Virus record (IMG/VR): IMGVR_UViG_3300009314_000008
Coordinates: 1 to 64,000 of that record
From: a virus
Direction: 5' to 3' (one strand)
Length of the DNA: 64,000 bases
Part shown: positions 37,683-48,135 of the stretch, in pieces
Numbering within the stretch: position 1 is the stretch's first letter
Layout of the letters: every line of letters begins with the position of its first letter
Made by a program: the position numbers and the translations under genes
Notes under the pieces: model-generated
Seen by the model: the letters and a program-made list of their open reading frames with translations, nothing else
Databases searched by the model: none
What the model was told of the DNA's origin: nothing

Positions 37683-39725
37683 TCACACTATATAAATATA
37701 ATTGTTTATTCTGTTGACTGGATAATAATGCTTTATTTCAACCTTGTTATCGACTTGATCTCTATTTACCACATTTGCAGCAACTCCAATTACTTTAAAG
37801 TCAGCCAAACATTCTATTTCATTAACAAACTTATATCTGATAGTAGCTAGATCGTTATTCAATTTTTTGATATATCTCCTATTTTTAGCCGAATTAGTTG
37901 CTTCGTGGGAGATGCTATTATCTACCCCTTTTGCCACATGTGGTCTAAGGGTTGATCTAATAGCCTGAGCAACGCTGACAGTCACGATTACTATTGATAA
38001 CTCTTTTTTTTCAAGAATAGCCTGAGCGGTTGTTTTCTGATGATAAATACCAATAGGTGCCCCTTCCATTTCCTGGTGTAACATAAACCACCCAGAGTCT
38101 TTAATTGCCTCAAGTTGATTTATTGTGAAATAATTAATGGTAGGTAGCCAAGTAATCAAAGGAAGTGCATCATTAGTGAATACATAACCCAATATTTTTG
38201 AAGAGACATAACCGGCCACTATCACAGCAATATGATAACCAAATAGTTTTGTGTCTCCCATCATTGCATAATATGGACCACATAATACTACTCGCTGACT
38301 ATCATAGCCATTTGGAACAGTAACCGCTGTATCTGCATCAGTTTGAGGAGTATATCCACTATCACAGAATAGACTATCCTGTGGCCAGGATAATACTTCC
38401 GCAGAAAGGTCTCCAAAGGTACTACCATAATCTTTATTGACAGTAAATGTGTCATTCGAAGTATCAACAGCAATAACATCAGACTCAACGGTTATTCCGC
38501 CATAAGTTGCAGAAAATACCATTCCGGCTTTAATGTCTGCGGCCTCGCCAGCCCCTATTGTAACCACTGTTTTTGATCCATCTGATGCCGCCGCAATTTC
38601 AGAGATAGTAAATTCATCTCCATCTTCTCCATAGGTAAGTCCGTTGCCCCCGTTTACTACTTTTTCCGAAATAAATACCTGTTTCTCACGTTTATAGTCT
38701 GTTCCGGACTGTGTCTCTGCCCAGGTTTTAAATCCGCTCAAAACCGTTTCATTGTCTGTTAGGGGAACTATAAAGAATGCGGTTGATACCCCATTAATTG
38801 ACTCTTGGGCAGCAACCCAACTTGTATTAGCAGCCAATATCGTTGATAATGCGTCGGTCCCATCAACAGGAATAGCATAAATCCTAAATTGATTGACTCC
38901 ACCATTAGCGGCCAAATGTAAAAACGCACCAAAAGCCAGATTGCTGTCTGGGTCTTCTAGACTCTCCGATCCAAACTTATCCACGAGATCACCAACCGAT
39001 GTAATGGTATAAAGTCCGCTAATGTCTGTTTTCTGAACTATAATATCATAAAGGAGAACAGGACGTCTGACTTTCGGGGTATTCATGTTAGACCCAAGAT
39101 AATCATACCATATGCTATCATCCACACTGGCAGCCAATGCCCCTGTTACAACCTCAACAAGAGTAAACTGGCTATTGCCCACATCAATAGACAATATCTC
39201 GTAATACTTATCATCGTCTCCATGATAAAAACATTGCCCAACCTCTAATAGCGACATAAATTTTGTTGCGTTTGAGCCTCCAACCGTAACTATTTCACCC
39301 CCAGCATCCATAGTATAGGTTAAATTAGCGCCACCATAGTTTTTGCCAATCTGTCGCAAGAAATCAGTTGAGAGGAACGTTATGGTCGCAATGCCATCAT
39401 TATTATAATTTGTTTTACTGATAGTGGGGTTTGTGTTGAAATAATATGCTGTTGACATTTGAATAGCAGCAGGATCCTCTTCGCCAGCTTTTCTGATGAA
39501 CAATTTCATGTCACCGTTTGCCTGCATTTTCTCAGCATCATTTAATTTCATTTTATTGTCTTCTGTAGCGTCAATAGTCAGATCGCCTACCAATATCGGT
39601 CCATGATAAGTTTTTTTCGATACCCTCAATGGGACACCAACAACAACGGCCCCTCTCGTGGGCGCGACCAGGCTACTCCCTTGTATTTGATATAGTATGT
39701 TTGTAAATACACCATTTCTACTCAT
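37683..39725 (-). CDS. contractile tail sheath protein
   Basis: SNLAFGA, FFIVPLT, YFTINQL, HQKTT..KELSIV, C-terminal YYPVNRINNYIYIV. Confidence 0.8.
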   Translation of the reverse strand: MSRNGVFTNILYQIQGSSLVAPTRGAVVVGVPLRVSKKTYHGPILVGDLTIDATEDNKMKLNDAEKMQANGDMKLFIRKAGEEDPAAIQMSTAYYFNTNPTISKTNYNNDGIATITFLSTDFLRQIGKNYGGANLTYTMDAGGEIVTVGGSNATKFMSLLEVGQCFYHGDDDKYYEILSIDVGNSQFTLVEVVTGALAASVDDSIWYDYLGSNMNTPKVRRPVLLYDIIVQKTDISGLYTITSVGDLVDKFGSESLEDPDSNLAFGAFLHLAANGGVNQFRIYAIPVDGTDALSTILAANTSWVAAQESINGVSTAFFIVPLTDNETVLSGFKTWAETQSGTDYKREKQVFISEKVVNGGNGLTYGEDGDEFTISEIAAASDGSKTVVTIGAGEAADIKAGMVFSATYGGITVESDVIAVDTSNDTFTVNKDYGSTFGDLSAEVLSWPQDSLFCDSGYTPQTDADTAVTVPNGYDSQRVVLCGPYYAMMGDTKLFGYHIAVIVAGYVSSKILGYVFTNDALPLITWLPTINYFTINQLEAIKDSGWFMLHQEMEGAPIGIYHQKTTAQAILEKKELSIVIVTVSVAQAIRSTLRPHVAKGVDNSISHEATNSAKNRRYIKKLNNDLATIRYKFVNEIECLADFKVIGVAANVVNRDQVDNKVEIKHYYPVNRINNYIYIV

Positions 39726-39793
39726 TTTCGTCTCCTTATCAAATTTGATTAATTACATATATTTTATCATTTATTTGTCAACTAATTTCTACA

Positions 39794-40321
39794 TTAGTCT
39801 CCACTTACTTCTCTCACCGTTGGGAACCAATCATGAAATTCCCCTTCTATTGTTTTTGTCATATTGACTCTTATATCATAATAAACTGTCGACACCCATC
39901 CTTTCATAAAGTTATTTTCCCTGGGTGTTGCTTTATCTTTAACAATATCATCAAATGTTCTTGAAATACTTATGTCCGTAGATTTTGGGAGAGTATAGGT
40001 CTCCCTCATTTGAGACATGAGATAGCTTGCGATAGATTCAACCTCTTCATCGTTTGTGCTGTATATTTCAACAACGATAGTAAAATCTGATATATATAAA
40101 TATATACGGTCTTCGCTCATAGGATCATATGATAATAATCCATTGCTGCCATTGATTACTACATTTTCCCTTGCTATTGATACAACCATGCCCGGATATT
40201 CCATTTTTTCCGCCCAATCTCCAGATGTATAAAAATTGTCCGCAGAATAATCTTCATGATTAAAGAGTAATCCCCTTAACCATATCAAATTTGCTTCTTT
40301 TAACGCCGTTTTATTAAACAT
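39794..40321 (-). CDS. tail terminator or neck protein (likely start MFNKTA)
   Basis: EYPGMVVS..VEIYSTNDEEVESIASYL pattern; synteny. Confidence 0.55.
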   Translation of the reverse strand: MFNKTALKEANLIWLRGLLFNHEDYSADNFYTSGDWAEKMEYPGMVVSIARENVVINGSNGLLSYDPMSEDRIYLYISDFTIVVEIYSTNDEEVESIASYLMSQMRETYTLPKSTDISISRTFDDIVKDKATPRENNFMKGWVSTVYYDIRVNMTKTIEGEFHDWFPTVREVSGD

Positions 40322-41060
40322 TCGGCACTTCCAGAGTAAATGCAATATCCTGATAATGGAGTTTTTTTAGGAGGATATTCTGCCTCACGATAAATTTGCC
40401 CATAGATCCCATTAAATATGTGTAATCCGGTTGTCTGTTCACGACATATCGCTCCCGATTGCTCCTGATAACTATGTCTCCCTGTTTAACGATGGGTAAA
40501 TTTGACATATAAGCCTGTACAACTTCTTCTTCTTTTTCGATTTGACCAATTTGAATATCATCCGTTATTGTCCTACTATAATTGATATATGTTGTAACCG
40601 GTCCTTTATATCCGTTTATTCTTCCACTGCCACCACAACTTGAGCAGGAAGATTTGATTCTTTTTTTTAGAGTCTCATTGTAGCAATTAGTACAATTCAT
40701 ATTCGTTTCTGATTTGCAATAAATATAAGATATCTCCCCGAGGGGAACTTTTTCCAATTGCCATAAAATATCTGAAGCAACTCCCAACAAATAAGGATCA
40801 CCAATATTATTAGGAGTCACGATGTTAGATTCTTCTTTCCCACACACTATTTTATATTTAATATACTTATTATTAATCGCTTTCTGTTCTATATCAAGAT
40901 ATGATGTGGCTTTTCCCCGAGATATTATTTGGAACTCATCCCCATCATTTAATGCCCTTAATACATCAAATTCTAACTCCATTATTGGGGGCATTGTCGT
41001 CCACATTAATAAGACAGTATGAGTATTTGTTCTTTCTGCTGTAAATTCACTTATTCTCAT
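40314..41060 (-). CDS. head-tail connector (neck) protein with Zn-finger (likely start MRISEF)
   Basis: CTNC..CSSCGGSGRINGY; PIVKQGDIVI..ERYVV. Confidence 0.6.
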   Translation of the reverse strand: MRISEFTAERTNTHTVLLMWTTMPPIMELEFDVLRALNDGDEFQIISRGKATSYLDIEQKAINNKYIKYKIVCGKEESNIVTPNNIGDPYLLGVASDILWQLEKVPLGEISYIYCKSETNMNCTNCYNETLKKRIKSSCSSCGGSGRINGYKGPVTTYINYSRTITDDIQIGQIEKEEEVVQAYMSNLPIVKQGDIVIRSNRERYVVNRQPDYTYLMGSMGKFIVRQNILLKKLHYQDIAFTLEVPNV

Positions 41061-41458
41061 GGCATTGCTCGCTGGATATCTGCCCAACCTTTAATCTTGT
41101 TTATTGATTCTTCGAACTCTTGCTTCATTGATGCCATTAAAGATATATAGAGAGGCGTATTCCCCTCTCTATCTGCTATTACTCCTCCATCGTTTATAGT
41201 AACTTTATTTCTTATTTTTTGAGCAACCCTCGCTTGCATAGCATAATAAGCTGTGCCCAATACCAACATATGCTCTGGGCAATCCTCAACTGTATACCCG
41301 GTTTGATAAATATGATCAGTATTTATTTTTGATAGTGCGATTACTGATGCACTGATAATATCATCCTCACTATACTCATAAGAATCCATTAGTTTATTTT
41401 CTATAACTATATCGCGGAACATTGCCCTAACGCGAGATATCAATTGGTTATTATTCAT
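41057..41458 (-). CDS. head-tail adaptor (likely start MNNNQL)
   Basis: VRAMFRD..NKL, INDGG motifs; AAGGA RBS. Confidence 0.55.
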   Translation of the reverse strand: MNNNQLISRVRAMFRDIVIENKLMDSYEYSEDDIISASVIALSKINTDHIYQTGYTVEDCPEHMLVLGTAYYAMQARVAQKIRNKVTINDGGVIADREGNTPLYISLMASMKQEFEESINKIKGWADIQRAMP

Positions 41459-41469
41459 TTTTCCTTCTA

Positions 41470-41517
41470 AATTAAAAGGCATAGAGATTAAACTGTGTTC
41501 ATATTCTCCATGCCTTT
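41470..41517 (-). terminator. intrinsic terminator after the capsid genes
   Basis: AAAGGCATGGAGA..TCTCTATGCCTTT(TAAT) stem with one G-U pair. Confidence 0.55.
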
Positions 41518-41550
41518 AATATCTTATCACTATGGGCAGATAAGAATCAA

Positions 41551-42144
41551 TTATTCTTTATTCAGGCCACCCCAAAGTTTTTGCAGAGTGTCAAGGGTGT
41601 CCTTTTTGCGATAAGTAACTTTTTCATCAGTATCACGAGTTTCATTATAAGCATCCAAATTTTCCATGATCTTGGCACGGTTCAACGGTTTTGGCCCTTC
41701 CTTTTTATTGGTGATTTCATCGCCCTTTATTTCTTTTTTGGCTACCTCTTCCTGTTTCAATATTAATTCTTTTTTCTCGGAAATATCACCATCTTCAGCC
41801 TTATTAGTAATCCCTTCACCTTCTTCGCTCCCTTTGAGTTCAGGTTCATCCGGTTTCTTTGAGCCTTCTTCAACCTTATCTTCTATTGTCTCTTCCTCAT
41901 CGTTCGAAATAGTTAATCCCGAGACAGATATGATTTTGACAGCATAGAATTTGGTGTCGACGGTCCATTCACTTTTATCCGTGGTATCGGTCATCATTCC
42001 CTTGTAATGTTCATGAACCTCATCACTAATAACAGTAACCTTTTTAGGACGGACAACAAGTTTATGTTCCCCGTCCATTATTGTTACATTCTCATAGGAC
42101 TTAATATGCGGATTTTTACGCGTTATATTGAGTATGCGAAACAT
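41551..42144 (-). CDS. hypothetical protein downstream of the capsid gene (acidic linker, small helical C-domain)
   Basis: Glu/Lys-rich linker. Confidence 0.6.
   Translation of the reverse strand: MFRILNITRKNPHIKSYENVTIMDGEHKLVVRPKKVTVISDEVHEHYKGMMTDTTDKSEWTVDTKFYAVKIISVSGLTISNDEEETIEDKVEEGSKKPDEPELKGSEEGEGITNKAEDGDISEKKELILKQEEVAKKEIKGDEITNKKEGPKPLNRAKIMENLDAYNETRDTDEKVTYRKKDTLDTLQKLWGGLNKE
41899..41928. repeat. 30-bp exact repeat, copy B
   Basis: Identical to 24356-24385. Confidence 0.9.
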
Positions 42145-42157
42145 TCTCTATTCCCAA

Positions 42158-43165
42158 TTATTTAATTCGGATTCTCATCCTACAGATACCACGAGTGTCG
42201 CCAAATCCGTGACCGGTATATCTCCATGCACCCCAGATGAAATCATCCCATTCCCATTTGGAATCAGATTTATCGCTTCCAATTTTGATGTTTTTACCCA
42301 AATAAGATGGATCTACAAACAAATAGATATCTGTATAGAGCTCGCCGCTATCACCTTCTTTATCAAAATAGTAAATAGTTTCATCATCATTTTTAAGGTC
42401 TGCCTTTATGGTTGTAATGACAGGAATATCCAGCAGGACTTTCTGCGCTATACCGTTTTTAAAAGTCTCTCCAGCAAGATTACCAACTTCACCAGCATCA
42501 AATGCAAGCATATCATTCCATGCAGTCTGAGACATCAACCATTTAGCAGGCACAAGTCCTTGTCGTGTGATATAGGACATTAGGTTCGTAAGATCTTTTT
42601 TTCTACCACTATTTGTCCAATCGATAGTATCAGTATATACTGTGGTGTCTCCACCAACATGATTACCCGTAATTGTCAATATGGAAGCAACATTCTTGAT
42701 AAAGCCTAAATCTTGAGTTCGCCTTATTGCTTCGGCACCATTTTTCGTTACCATATCAACAAGATCGGAAGCAGAAGATGTTTCAAGTTCCAGCCATGGT
42801 TTTTTGTGCCGTTCTGTTTCAATTTTGCCGATCCATATCTTATATTTTTTTGTGTCTACGAAAATGGGTTGGGTATCACCTCTTATAGAGACCTCGGCAG
42901 CGGTTGCTCCGATTTCCTTCTTGTCAAGTACGTAAAATACATCAGCATCTTCGGTCTCTTGAATACCCGGATCCTTCGGTGACATGGTTTTATTGACCAA
43001 GAGTTTCTCAGAGAAAGCCTCTTCCCTTACATATCTCTTGACGTAATTTTCCAGAGAAGTTCCGAATTTCGTTATAAAATTATCTTTTGCCTCACGACCA
43101 TTCATCGCAAGGTCTTGCAGAATATCGTTCGCCTCTTTTATTAATTGTGTATTATCTATATTCAT
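42158..43165 (-). CDS. major capsid protein (HK97-fold, encapsulin-like)
   Basis: 335 aa; VREEAFSEKLL, KIETERHKKPWLEL, GLVPAKWLMS; position after protease, scaffolds and decoration gene. Confidence 0.75.
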   Translation of the reverse strand: MNIDNTQLIKEANDILQDLAMNGREAKDNFITKFGTSLENYVKRYVREEAFSEKLLVNKTMSPKDPGIQETEDADVFYVLDKKEIGATAAEVSIRGDTQPIFVDTKKYKIWIGKIETERHKKPWLELETSSASDLVDMVTKNGAEAIRRTQDLGFIKNVASILTITGNHVGGDTTVYTDTIDWTNSGRKKDLTNLMSYITRQGLVPAKWLMSQTAWNDMLAFDAGEVGNLAGETFKNGIAQKVLLDIPVITTIKADLKNDDETIYYFDKEGDSGELYTDIYLFVDPSYLGKNIKIGSDKSDSKWEWDDFIWGAWRYTGHGFGDTRGICRMRIRIK

Positions 43166-43177
43166 CTCTCATCTCCT

Positions 43178-43648
43178 TTATGCTTGGGTAACCTGTGGGA
43201 ATCCGAAGGATTTAACCTTCCAAATATCTGTTGCAACGACTCCAGCCTGTGCTTCCATAACTTGAGCTACCGCAACTTCACCATCGGAAGTGCATTTTGT
43301 AAACACCCCATTTGTGATAGTAAGATAATCACCCAATGCGACGGCTTGTGCAGCATGATTATTATATAATTCCCCTTCCCAATCTGCTCCAACGGGAGTG
43401 GCTGCAATATATCCATGATCTTTTGCAGTTAAATAACTTCCCATTGCAATATAGAACATGCCTATAGATTTAGCCTTCCCAGCAATTGTAAGAACAAGGG
43501 AGTCTCCTGTGCTAGCTTTCACAACACCATTCGCAGTCCACTTCAAGATAGTTCCCTCAACAATATTTTCGAAATTATCATCATCTTGGTCTACCAAAAG
43601 GTGAACAGAATATGCGCCTTTAACTTTATTACGACTCTCTACTAACAT
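43178..43648 (-). CDS. capsid decoration or cement protein
   Basis: Small beta-rich protein just upstream of the capsid gene (ALGDYLTITNG). Confidence 0.55.
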   Translation of the reverse strand: MLVESRNKVKGAYSVHLLVDQDDDNFENIVEGTILKWTANGVVKASTGDSLVLTIAGKAKSIGMFYIAMGSYLTAKDHGYIAATPVGADWEGELYNNHAAQAVALGDYLTITNGVFTKCTSDGEVAVAQVMEAQAGVVATDIWKVKSFGFPQVTQA

Positions 43649-43667
43649 TTTTATCTCCTTTTTTTAA

Positions 43668-44075
43668 TTAATGAATTCCCACAAAATTTTGTAAGAATTC
43701 TTCTTTAGCAGATTTAGATTTCTCATATCTACCTGCCGATTTTTCTATGTCACCATCTTTATCATTTCTGGTTGCGCGATAAATTGCTTCCAAATCTTCA
43801 GGATTTGGGCTATTATACAATTTATCAAAAGCAATCTTTTCGTGTACCTTCCCAATCACTTCATCGTCAACCAGACCTGATACGATAGCCTTACATTTAT
43901 TTTCTTTTTCAAGCGAAGCAATCTTGTCATTAGCCTGTTGCAACTTTTCATTCGCTTTATCAATATCTTTTTTTTTATCTATTGCATCTTTTTCCATTTC
44001 TTTGATCTTCTGATCAAGTTCACGGATCTTCCCAGCTGATTTCTTCATTAATTCATTATTATTATTACCCATCAT
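43668..44075 (-). CDS. scaffolding-like coiled-coil protein
   Basis: Coiled coil with multiple KxA motifs. Confidence 0.55.
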   Translation of the reverse strand: MMGNNNNELMKKSAGKIRELDQKIKEMEKDAIDKKKDIDKANEKLQQANDKIASLEKENKCKAIVSGLVDDEVIGKVHEKIAFDKLYNSPNPEDLEAIYRATRNDKDGDIEKSAGRYEKSKSAKEEFLQNFVGIH

Positions 44076-44551
44076 TTGCTCCTTTGCCCTAGACGATAGA
44101 AAAACCTGGCAATTCGACGATCTTCTGTTTCGTCTTTCCCAGCTTCATATTTTTTACCACCAAAGAATGCGCCTATTCCTGTTGCTGCAGCAATCGCTGG
44201 CCATACAAACTTTTTAACCTTAATTTTACCCTCTTTTATGATATCCACATCTGATATTCTCTGCTCAATACGGTCAAAAATTTCATGTGCTTCTTTGCTG
44301 AAGAATTCTATTTCAGCAGTTTTTTCTGGCTCTTTCTTCTTGTCATCTTCTTTATCTGGATATTTTTTCTTCGGTTCTTTGCCTGACGGTTTTTTCGCCG
44401 CTTCTTCCAGTTGCTGGGCAAGGGATAATGGGTCGTCGTCTATATGGGATGATTCTGTCTTGTTGTTACCTTCAGAGGTAATTATAGATGCTGATTTATC
44501 TATGATGGATTGCAATAAATTCGAACTTCCCAAGATTCCTTTATTCTCCAT
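44072..44551 (-). CDS. prohead core or scaffold-like protein with a hydrophobic segment
   Basis: KSA, KTA, KEA motifs; WPAIAAATGIGAFFGG. Confidence 0.5.
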   Translation of the reverse strand: MENKGILGSSNLLQSIIDKSASIITSEGNNKTESSHIDDDPLSLAQQLEEAAKKPSGKEPKKKYPDKEDDKKKEPEKTAEIEFFSKEAHEIFDRIEQRISDVDIIKEGKIKVKKFVWPAIAAATGIGAFFGGKKYEAGKDETEDRRIARFFYRLGQRSK

Positions 44552-44572
44552 TATATCTCCTTGTTTAAAGGG

Positions 44573-45139
44573 TTATTCGCCAGTTTTTTCTGTCACTTCT
44601 TGAGCTACCTCTGCACCTATAGCTTGAGATGTTTCCAGAATTTCAGCAGCAATTTCAGGATTTTTTTCCACCACTTCTTCTCCACCAGCTTCTTCGACCA
44701 GATTTTCAGCAGCAGCCTCACTAGCCACTTCTGCAATTATTTCAGCCTCGGTAAGAGCAGGACTCTCCTCGTTTAAAACCTTGTCAACCTCTTCTGCCAA
44801 CTTTTCGTGTCCCTTATCATTCAATACCTGAATCATTGTGGCATAAATTTCGTCAGCCATCGGTCCTGCCATAGCCTCTTTGGTTAATGCTTCACCATAT
44901 GCACACCCAGCACCAAAAGCATAAAGATTATGGGCCTTTACTTTATCTTCTTCTGACATCTTTTCCAACTCGTCGTTGGCAATCTTGATAACTTCTGGAA
45001 ATGCATTTTCAAACTCTTTGGATTCCTTAAGGTATTCAATGGTTTTATCTTGCGCTTTTTTTACAATAAGATATTGAGCACTTTTTGTAAGCCCAGTTTC
45101 TTCTTCATTTGCGGCTAATTTGTTTAAAAATTCAAACAT
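44573..45139 (-). CDS. acidic scaffold or prohead core protein
   Basis: Glu-rich; KLA, KSA, KKA, KIA, KEA, KLA motifs. Confidence 0.55.
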   Translation of the reverse strand: MFEFLNKLAANEEETGLTKSAQYLIVKKAQDKTIEYLKESKEFENAFPEVIKIANDELEKMSEEDKVKAHNLYAFGAGCAYGEALTKEAMAGPMADEIYATMIQVLNDKGHEKLAEEVDKVLNEESPALTEAEIIAEVASEAAAENLVEEAGGEEVVEKNPEIAAEILETSQAIGAEVAQEVTEKTGE

Positions 45140-45157
45140 TTTTTATCTCCTTTTATA

Positions 45158-45553
45158 TTACTTCTTTTTGAGGATATTATATCCACCATAACCAGCACCA
45201 GCCAACCCAAGCCCACCTGTTCCTATTGCAATTGCTTGAGCTTTGCGCCCTCGTCTGCCAGTAACTATATCGCGCAATTTATTAGTCGTACTGGTGGTAT
45301 AAGTTGTCGCTTTATTGTAATGCTTGGCAGGGAATTTTTTAGCTTTGCCGTAAAAGGTTTTCATCCTGCCCATCAACCCTTTACCTTTACCAAGTATTGG
45401 CTTAAAATTGATTTTAAAAGCCTCTTTCTCCAATGATTCCGCTTGTTCAATATAGCCAAGGCTAATGAAATCATTTGCCAACATTTCTTCTGCTACTTTC
45501 TTAATTTCACCCATTGTCTTTACTCCTTTTTTTACAATGTTTTTATTATTCAT
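45158..45553 (-). CDS. basic internal head-like protein with a Gly-rich hydrophobic tail
   Basis: KVA and KEA motifs; AIAIGTGGLGLAGAGYGGY. Confidence 0.55.
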   Translation of the reverse strand: MNNKNIVKKGVKTMGEIKKVAEEMLANDFISLGYIEQAESLEKEAFKINFKPILGKGKGLMGRMKTFYGKAKKFPAKHYNKATTYTTSTTNKLRDIVTGRRGRKAQAIAIGTGGLGLAGAGYGGYNILKKK

Positions 45554-45601
45554 ACTATATGATGTTATGCTTGATAATTTTCTGATTATTTGTCAAGCAA
45601 T

Positions 45602-47590
45602 TTATTTATCATATAGATTTTTCCACATCGATGCAATAATGCTATCTCTATCTTCTATAGGATATTGCGTTATATCCATCCCATTAAAATCCATTCCATT
45701 TTTTATTAACATATCAAGTTCGGCATGCTTCCCTACCACTCCCTTAAGTATTACTTTTATTGCTTTTCGAGTATGGGGATTAGCGGTAAGCCCAGCAGCA
45801 ATTCCAACCCCTCCAGGATTTTTGGCCACGAATTTTTCAACACCGCTGATATGTCTTCCCGATTTGGCTTTATTATAAACATGCCCAGCATATAAATAAG
45901 ATGCCACGGGCAGCCCAACCAAGGTAGCTATATTCGTATATTTAGCAGATGTCTTAACCATATTATTACCCATTTCTTCCCGCGAATAGTTAAATAAACG
46001 CGAAGCCACCTCGCTGCCGACAATGGCGGCTATCCAGAGTTTTGGGTTACCTTTTATATTTTTAACAAGCGGGACAAGGTGTTTTCCTGCTTTTGTTTTC
46101 GACAACATATAGGTAGCAGCGATGGTTCCTAATATTCCAGGTAAGGGCGATTTATGATTTTTGGGCGGATCTAAATATGCATTAATTTCATTTGCCCTCT
46201 TTACCATCACGATTCTCTTGATCATGCATGGTCTATAATATGACCTTTGCATTAAAAACGGTTTTATGATATCAAAAATATTGTTATTAATTTTATCTGG
46301 AGAGAAGGTTATTCCTGGTAAGCATTCCCCAGATGTTGGAATTCCCTCTATTGTATCCGGAATAACTATTTTCTGTCTATCATATTCATCTGCATCATCT
46401 TTTTTCCCCATTTGAATTAAGATAATCCTCTGAAATTCCCGTGGACGAGGGTATGCCCCCGCACTCAAGAATGTTGTCAGAATATCATCAATGGGATATT
46501 TTGCAATCTCACTTATTGTTCCCACCGGAAGATCCATTTCAGATGCTTTCAATTCCGGGACTATTTTTTCACCGATATAATTGTTAATCGCCATATGATC
46601 ATCACTTAATACTTGGCCTTCTACCTCTTTTTCAATATCTGCCTTCTTATCTTCTGCCCTCTTGTTCTCGGAGGCTTTTTCTATTTCAATTAATTCTTCT
46701 TCTGTTATTCTGCCAGAGTCATCTTTGCTAGCAACCTTCTGCAGGACATAACTGGATTTTTCAGCATTCGTTCCCACCTTACTTATATCGAAAAACTTAG
46801 GTCTCATATTGACCACAGAGACAACTATACCGGTTGAGGGCACCATTCTACCCCTCATGTACTTCATATGGTCGCAATATTTGTTCAATGTTGAGTGAAT
46901 CCCAACAGGACCTCTTCCGAGACTCTTCTTTTGTCCATCATCAGTTTCCTTGAATTCTTCGTCATTCAATTCAGTAATATATGACAAATCAACGCCATAC
47001 TTTTTGCCAATCGCCTTTATCTCATCAATATCGCCGGAAATAGATATTTTGATCATTTCATTTTCCGGAATCTTGTAGAATTCTTTCCATTTAGGATGGC
47101 ATACCCGACAAACATCATAAGGAACCCTCATGCCCATCGATGTCGGAATATGCTGGTGACTATCCAGCATCTGCTTCGTGTCCAAATCCTTCAGGGTATC
47201 CACCTCTGCAACTACCAGCACTCTGCCCATCATCTCATCCCATGTGGAGAAAATCACTCTACCGAACCCTTTGGCTGGGTCTTTATTCTCATGGCGATGA
47301 AAATAATGTGCCTTAAGGTAAGTTTTATACCCCCAATCATCCGTAGGATTACTTAGACTCATAGTTGGGAAGAAATCTGAATTACTATTTGCTCCCCAAC
47401 ACTCATCGGCAACCGCACTGATCAGCAAGAAGACCCTATTTTTTACCGGCGTTATGTTCGCCACAAACTCCTGAGCATCTTTGGGCATGTAATTGTAATT
47501 AGCCACTTTCTCCATGCCATAAAAATTAATCGGCTGGACAGTGGGGTTCCCATTCTTATCGTAAGATGGGAGGTCAATATATTTGATCAT
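45602..47590 (-). CDS. prohead maturation protease with C-terminal extension
   Basis: GANSNSDFFP, FHRHEN, PTSMGMRVPYDVCRVC, FFDISKVGTNA: assemblin-like serine protease pattern; lies between portal and capsid genes. Confidence 0.7.
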   Translation of the reverse strand: MIKYIDLPSYDKNGNPTVQPINFYGMEKVANYNYMPKDAQEFVANITPVKNRVFLLISAVADECWGANSNSDFFPTMSLSNPTDDWGYKTYLKAHYFHRHENKDPAKGFGRVIFSTWDEMMGRVLVVAEVDTLKDLDTKQMLDSHQHIPTSMGMRVPYDVCRVCHPKWKEFYKIPENEMIKISISGDIDEIKAIGKKYGVDLSYITELNDEEFKETDDGQKKSLGRGPVGIHSTLNKYCDHMKYMRGRMVPSTGIVVSVVNMRPKFFDISKVGTNAEKSSYVLQKVASKDDSGRITEEELIEIEKASENKRAEDKKADIEKEVEGQVLSDDHMAINNYIGEKIVPELKASEMDLPVGTISEIAKYPIDDILTTFLSAGAYPRPREFQRIILIQMGKKDDADEYDRQKIVIPDTIEGIPTSGECLPGITFSPDKINNNIFDIIKPFLMQRSYYRPCMIKRIVMVKRANEINAYLDPPKNHKSPLPGILGTIAATYMLSKTKAGKHLVPLVKNIKGNPKLWIAAIVGSEVASRLFNYSREEMGNNMVKTSAKYTNIATLVGLPVASYLYAGHVYNKAKSGRHISGVEKFVAKNPGGVGIAAGLTANPHTRKAIKVILKGVVGKHAELDMLIKNGMDFNGMDITQYPIEDRDSIIASMWKNLYDK

Positions 47591-47602
47591 TTGTTCTCCC
47601 AG

Positions 47603-47983
47603 TTATATTCGGGGCGCCCTATAATATTTTATTAATGAATTAACATACTTTTCAGCATCTCTCTGTAATACACTGGGGAATGCTTTTGCTTTTAAATCAT
47701 CAATTTCAGATAAAACTTTTGCTGCCCCCCCAGATAGTCCTCCTGCACCTACATGACGCATAGTCTTCATTAAAGATTTTGGTCCTATCAGCGAAGATAG
47801 TGCCCCTATCCCAGCCCCTAATAGAACAGCAGGCAATCGTCCCTGCTCAATATTATCAAAAGCATGAGTCTTGTAGTCTTTTATTGCCTGACTTTTGGTA
47901 TATTGTGGATTAGTTGATATTTCGTCTTCGATGTCTGCAATATCTTTGACTATTGCTTCTTTAATTATTAATGGACGTTTCAT
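47603..47983 (-). CDS. leader-bearing cargo protein (MKRPLIIKEA) with Gly-rich hydrophobic segments
   Basis: AAGGAG RBS before the ATG at 47983. Confidence 0.65.
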   Translation of the reverse strand: MKRPLIIKEAIVKDIADIEDEISTNPQYTKSQAIKDYKTHAFDNIEQGRLPAVLLGAGIGALSSLIGPKSLMKTMRHVGAGGLSGGAAKVLSEIDDLKAKAFPSVLQRDAEKYVNSLIKYYRAPRI

Positions 47984-48027
47984 TATTTCTCCTTTAATTT
48001 GCTCTTTCCATAACTTCGTATAATTGG

Positions 48028-48123
48028 TCAATGATATCTTTCTTCTCTTTTGATCTTTGCAACAAATAGAGGTTGTAATATAGTGCTGATCACCGCCTCT
48101 TTAACTACAATGGGACATCTCAC
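48028..48123 (-). CDS. 31-aa leader-bearing mini ORF (MRCPIVVKEAVISTILQPLFVAKIKREERYH)
   Basis: GTG start; leader motif. Confidence 0.5.
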   Translation of the reverse strand: MRCPIVVKEAVISTILQPLFVAKIKREERYH

Positions 48124-48135
48124 TATTTCTATTTC

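Noticed and set aside
10296-41928. CRISPR array or spacers explaining the 26-30 bp repeats
   Set aside because: Each repeat occurs only twice, inside coding sequence, with no repeat-spacer periodicity and no cas genes.
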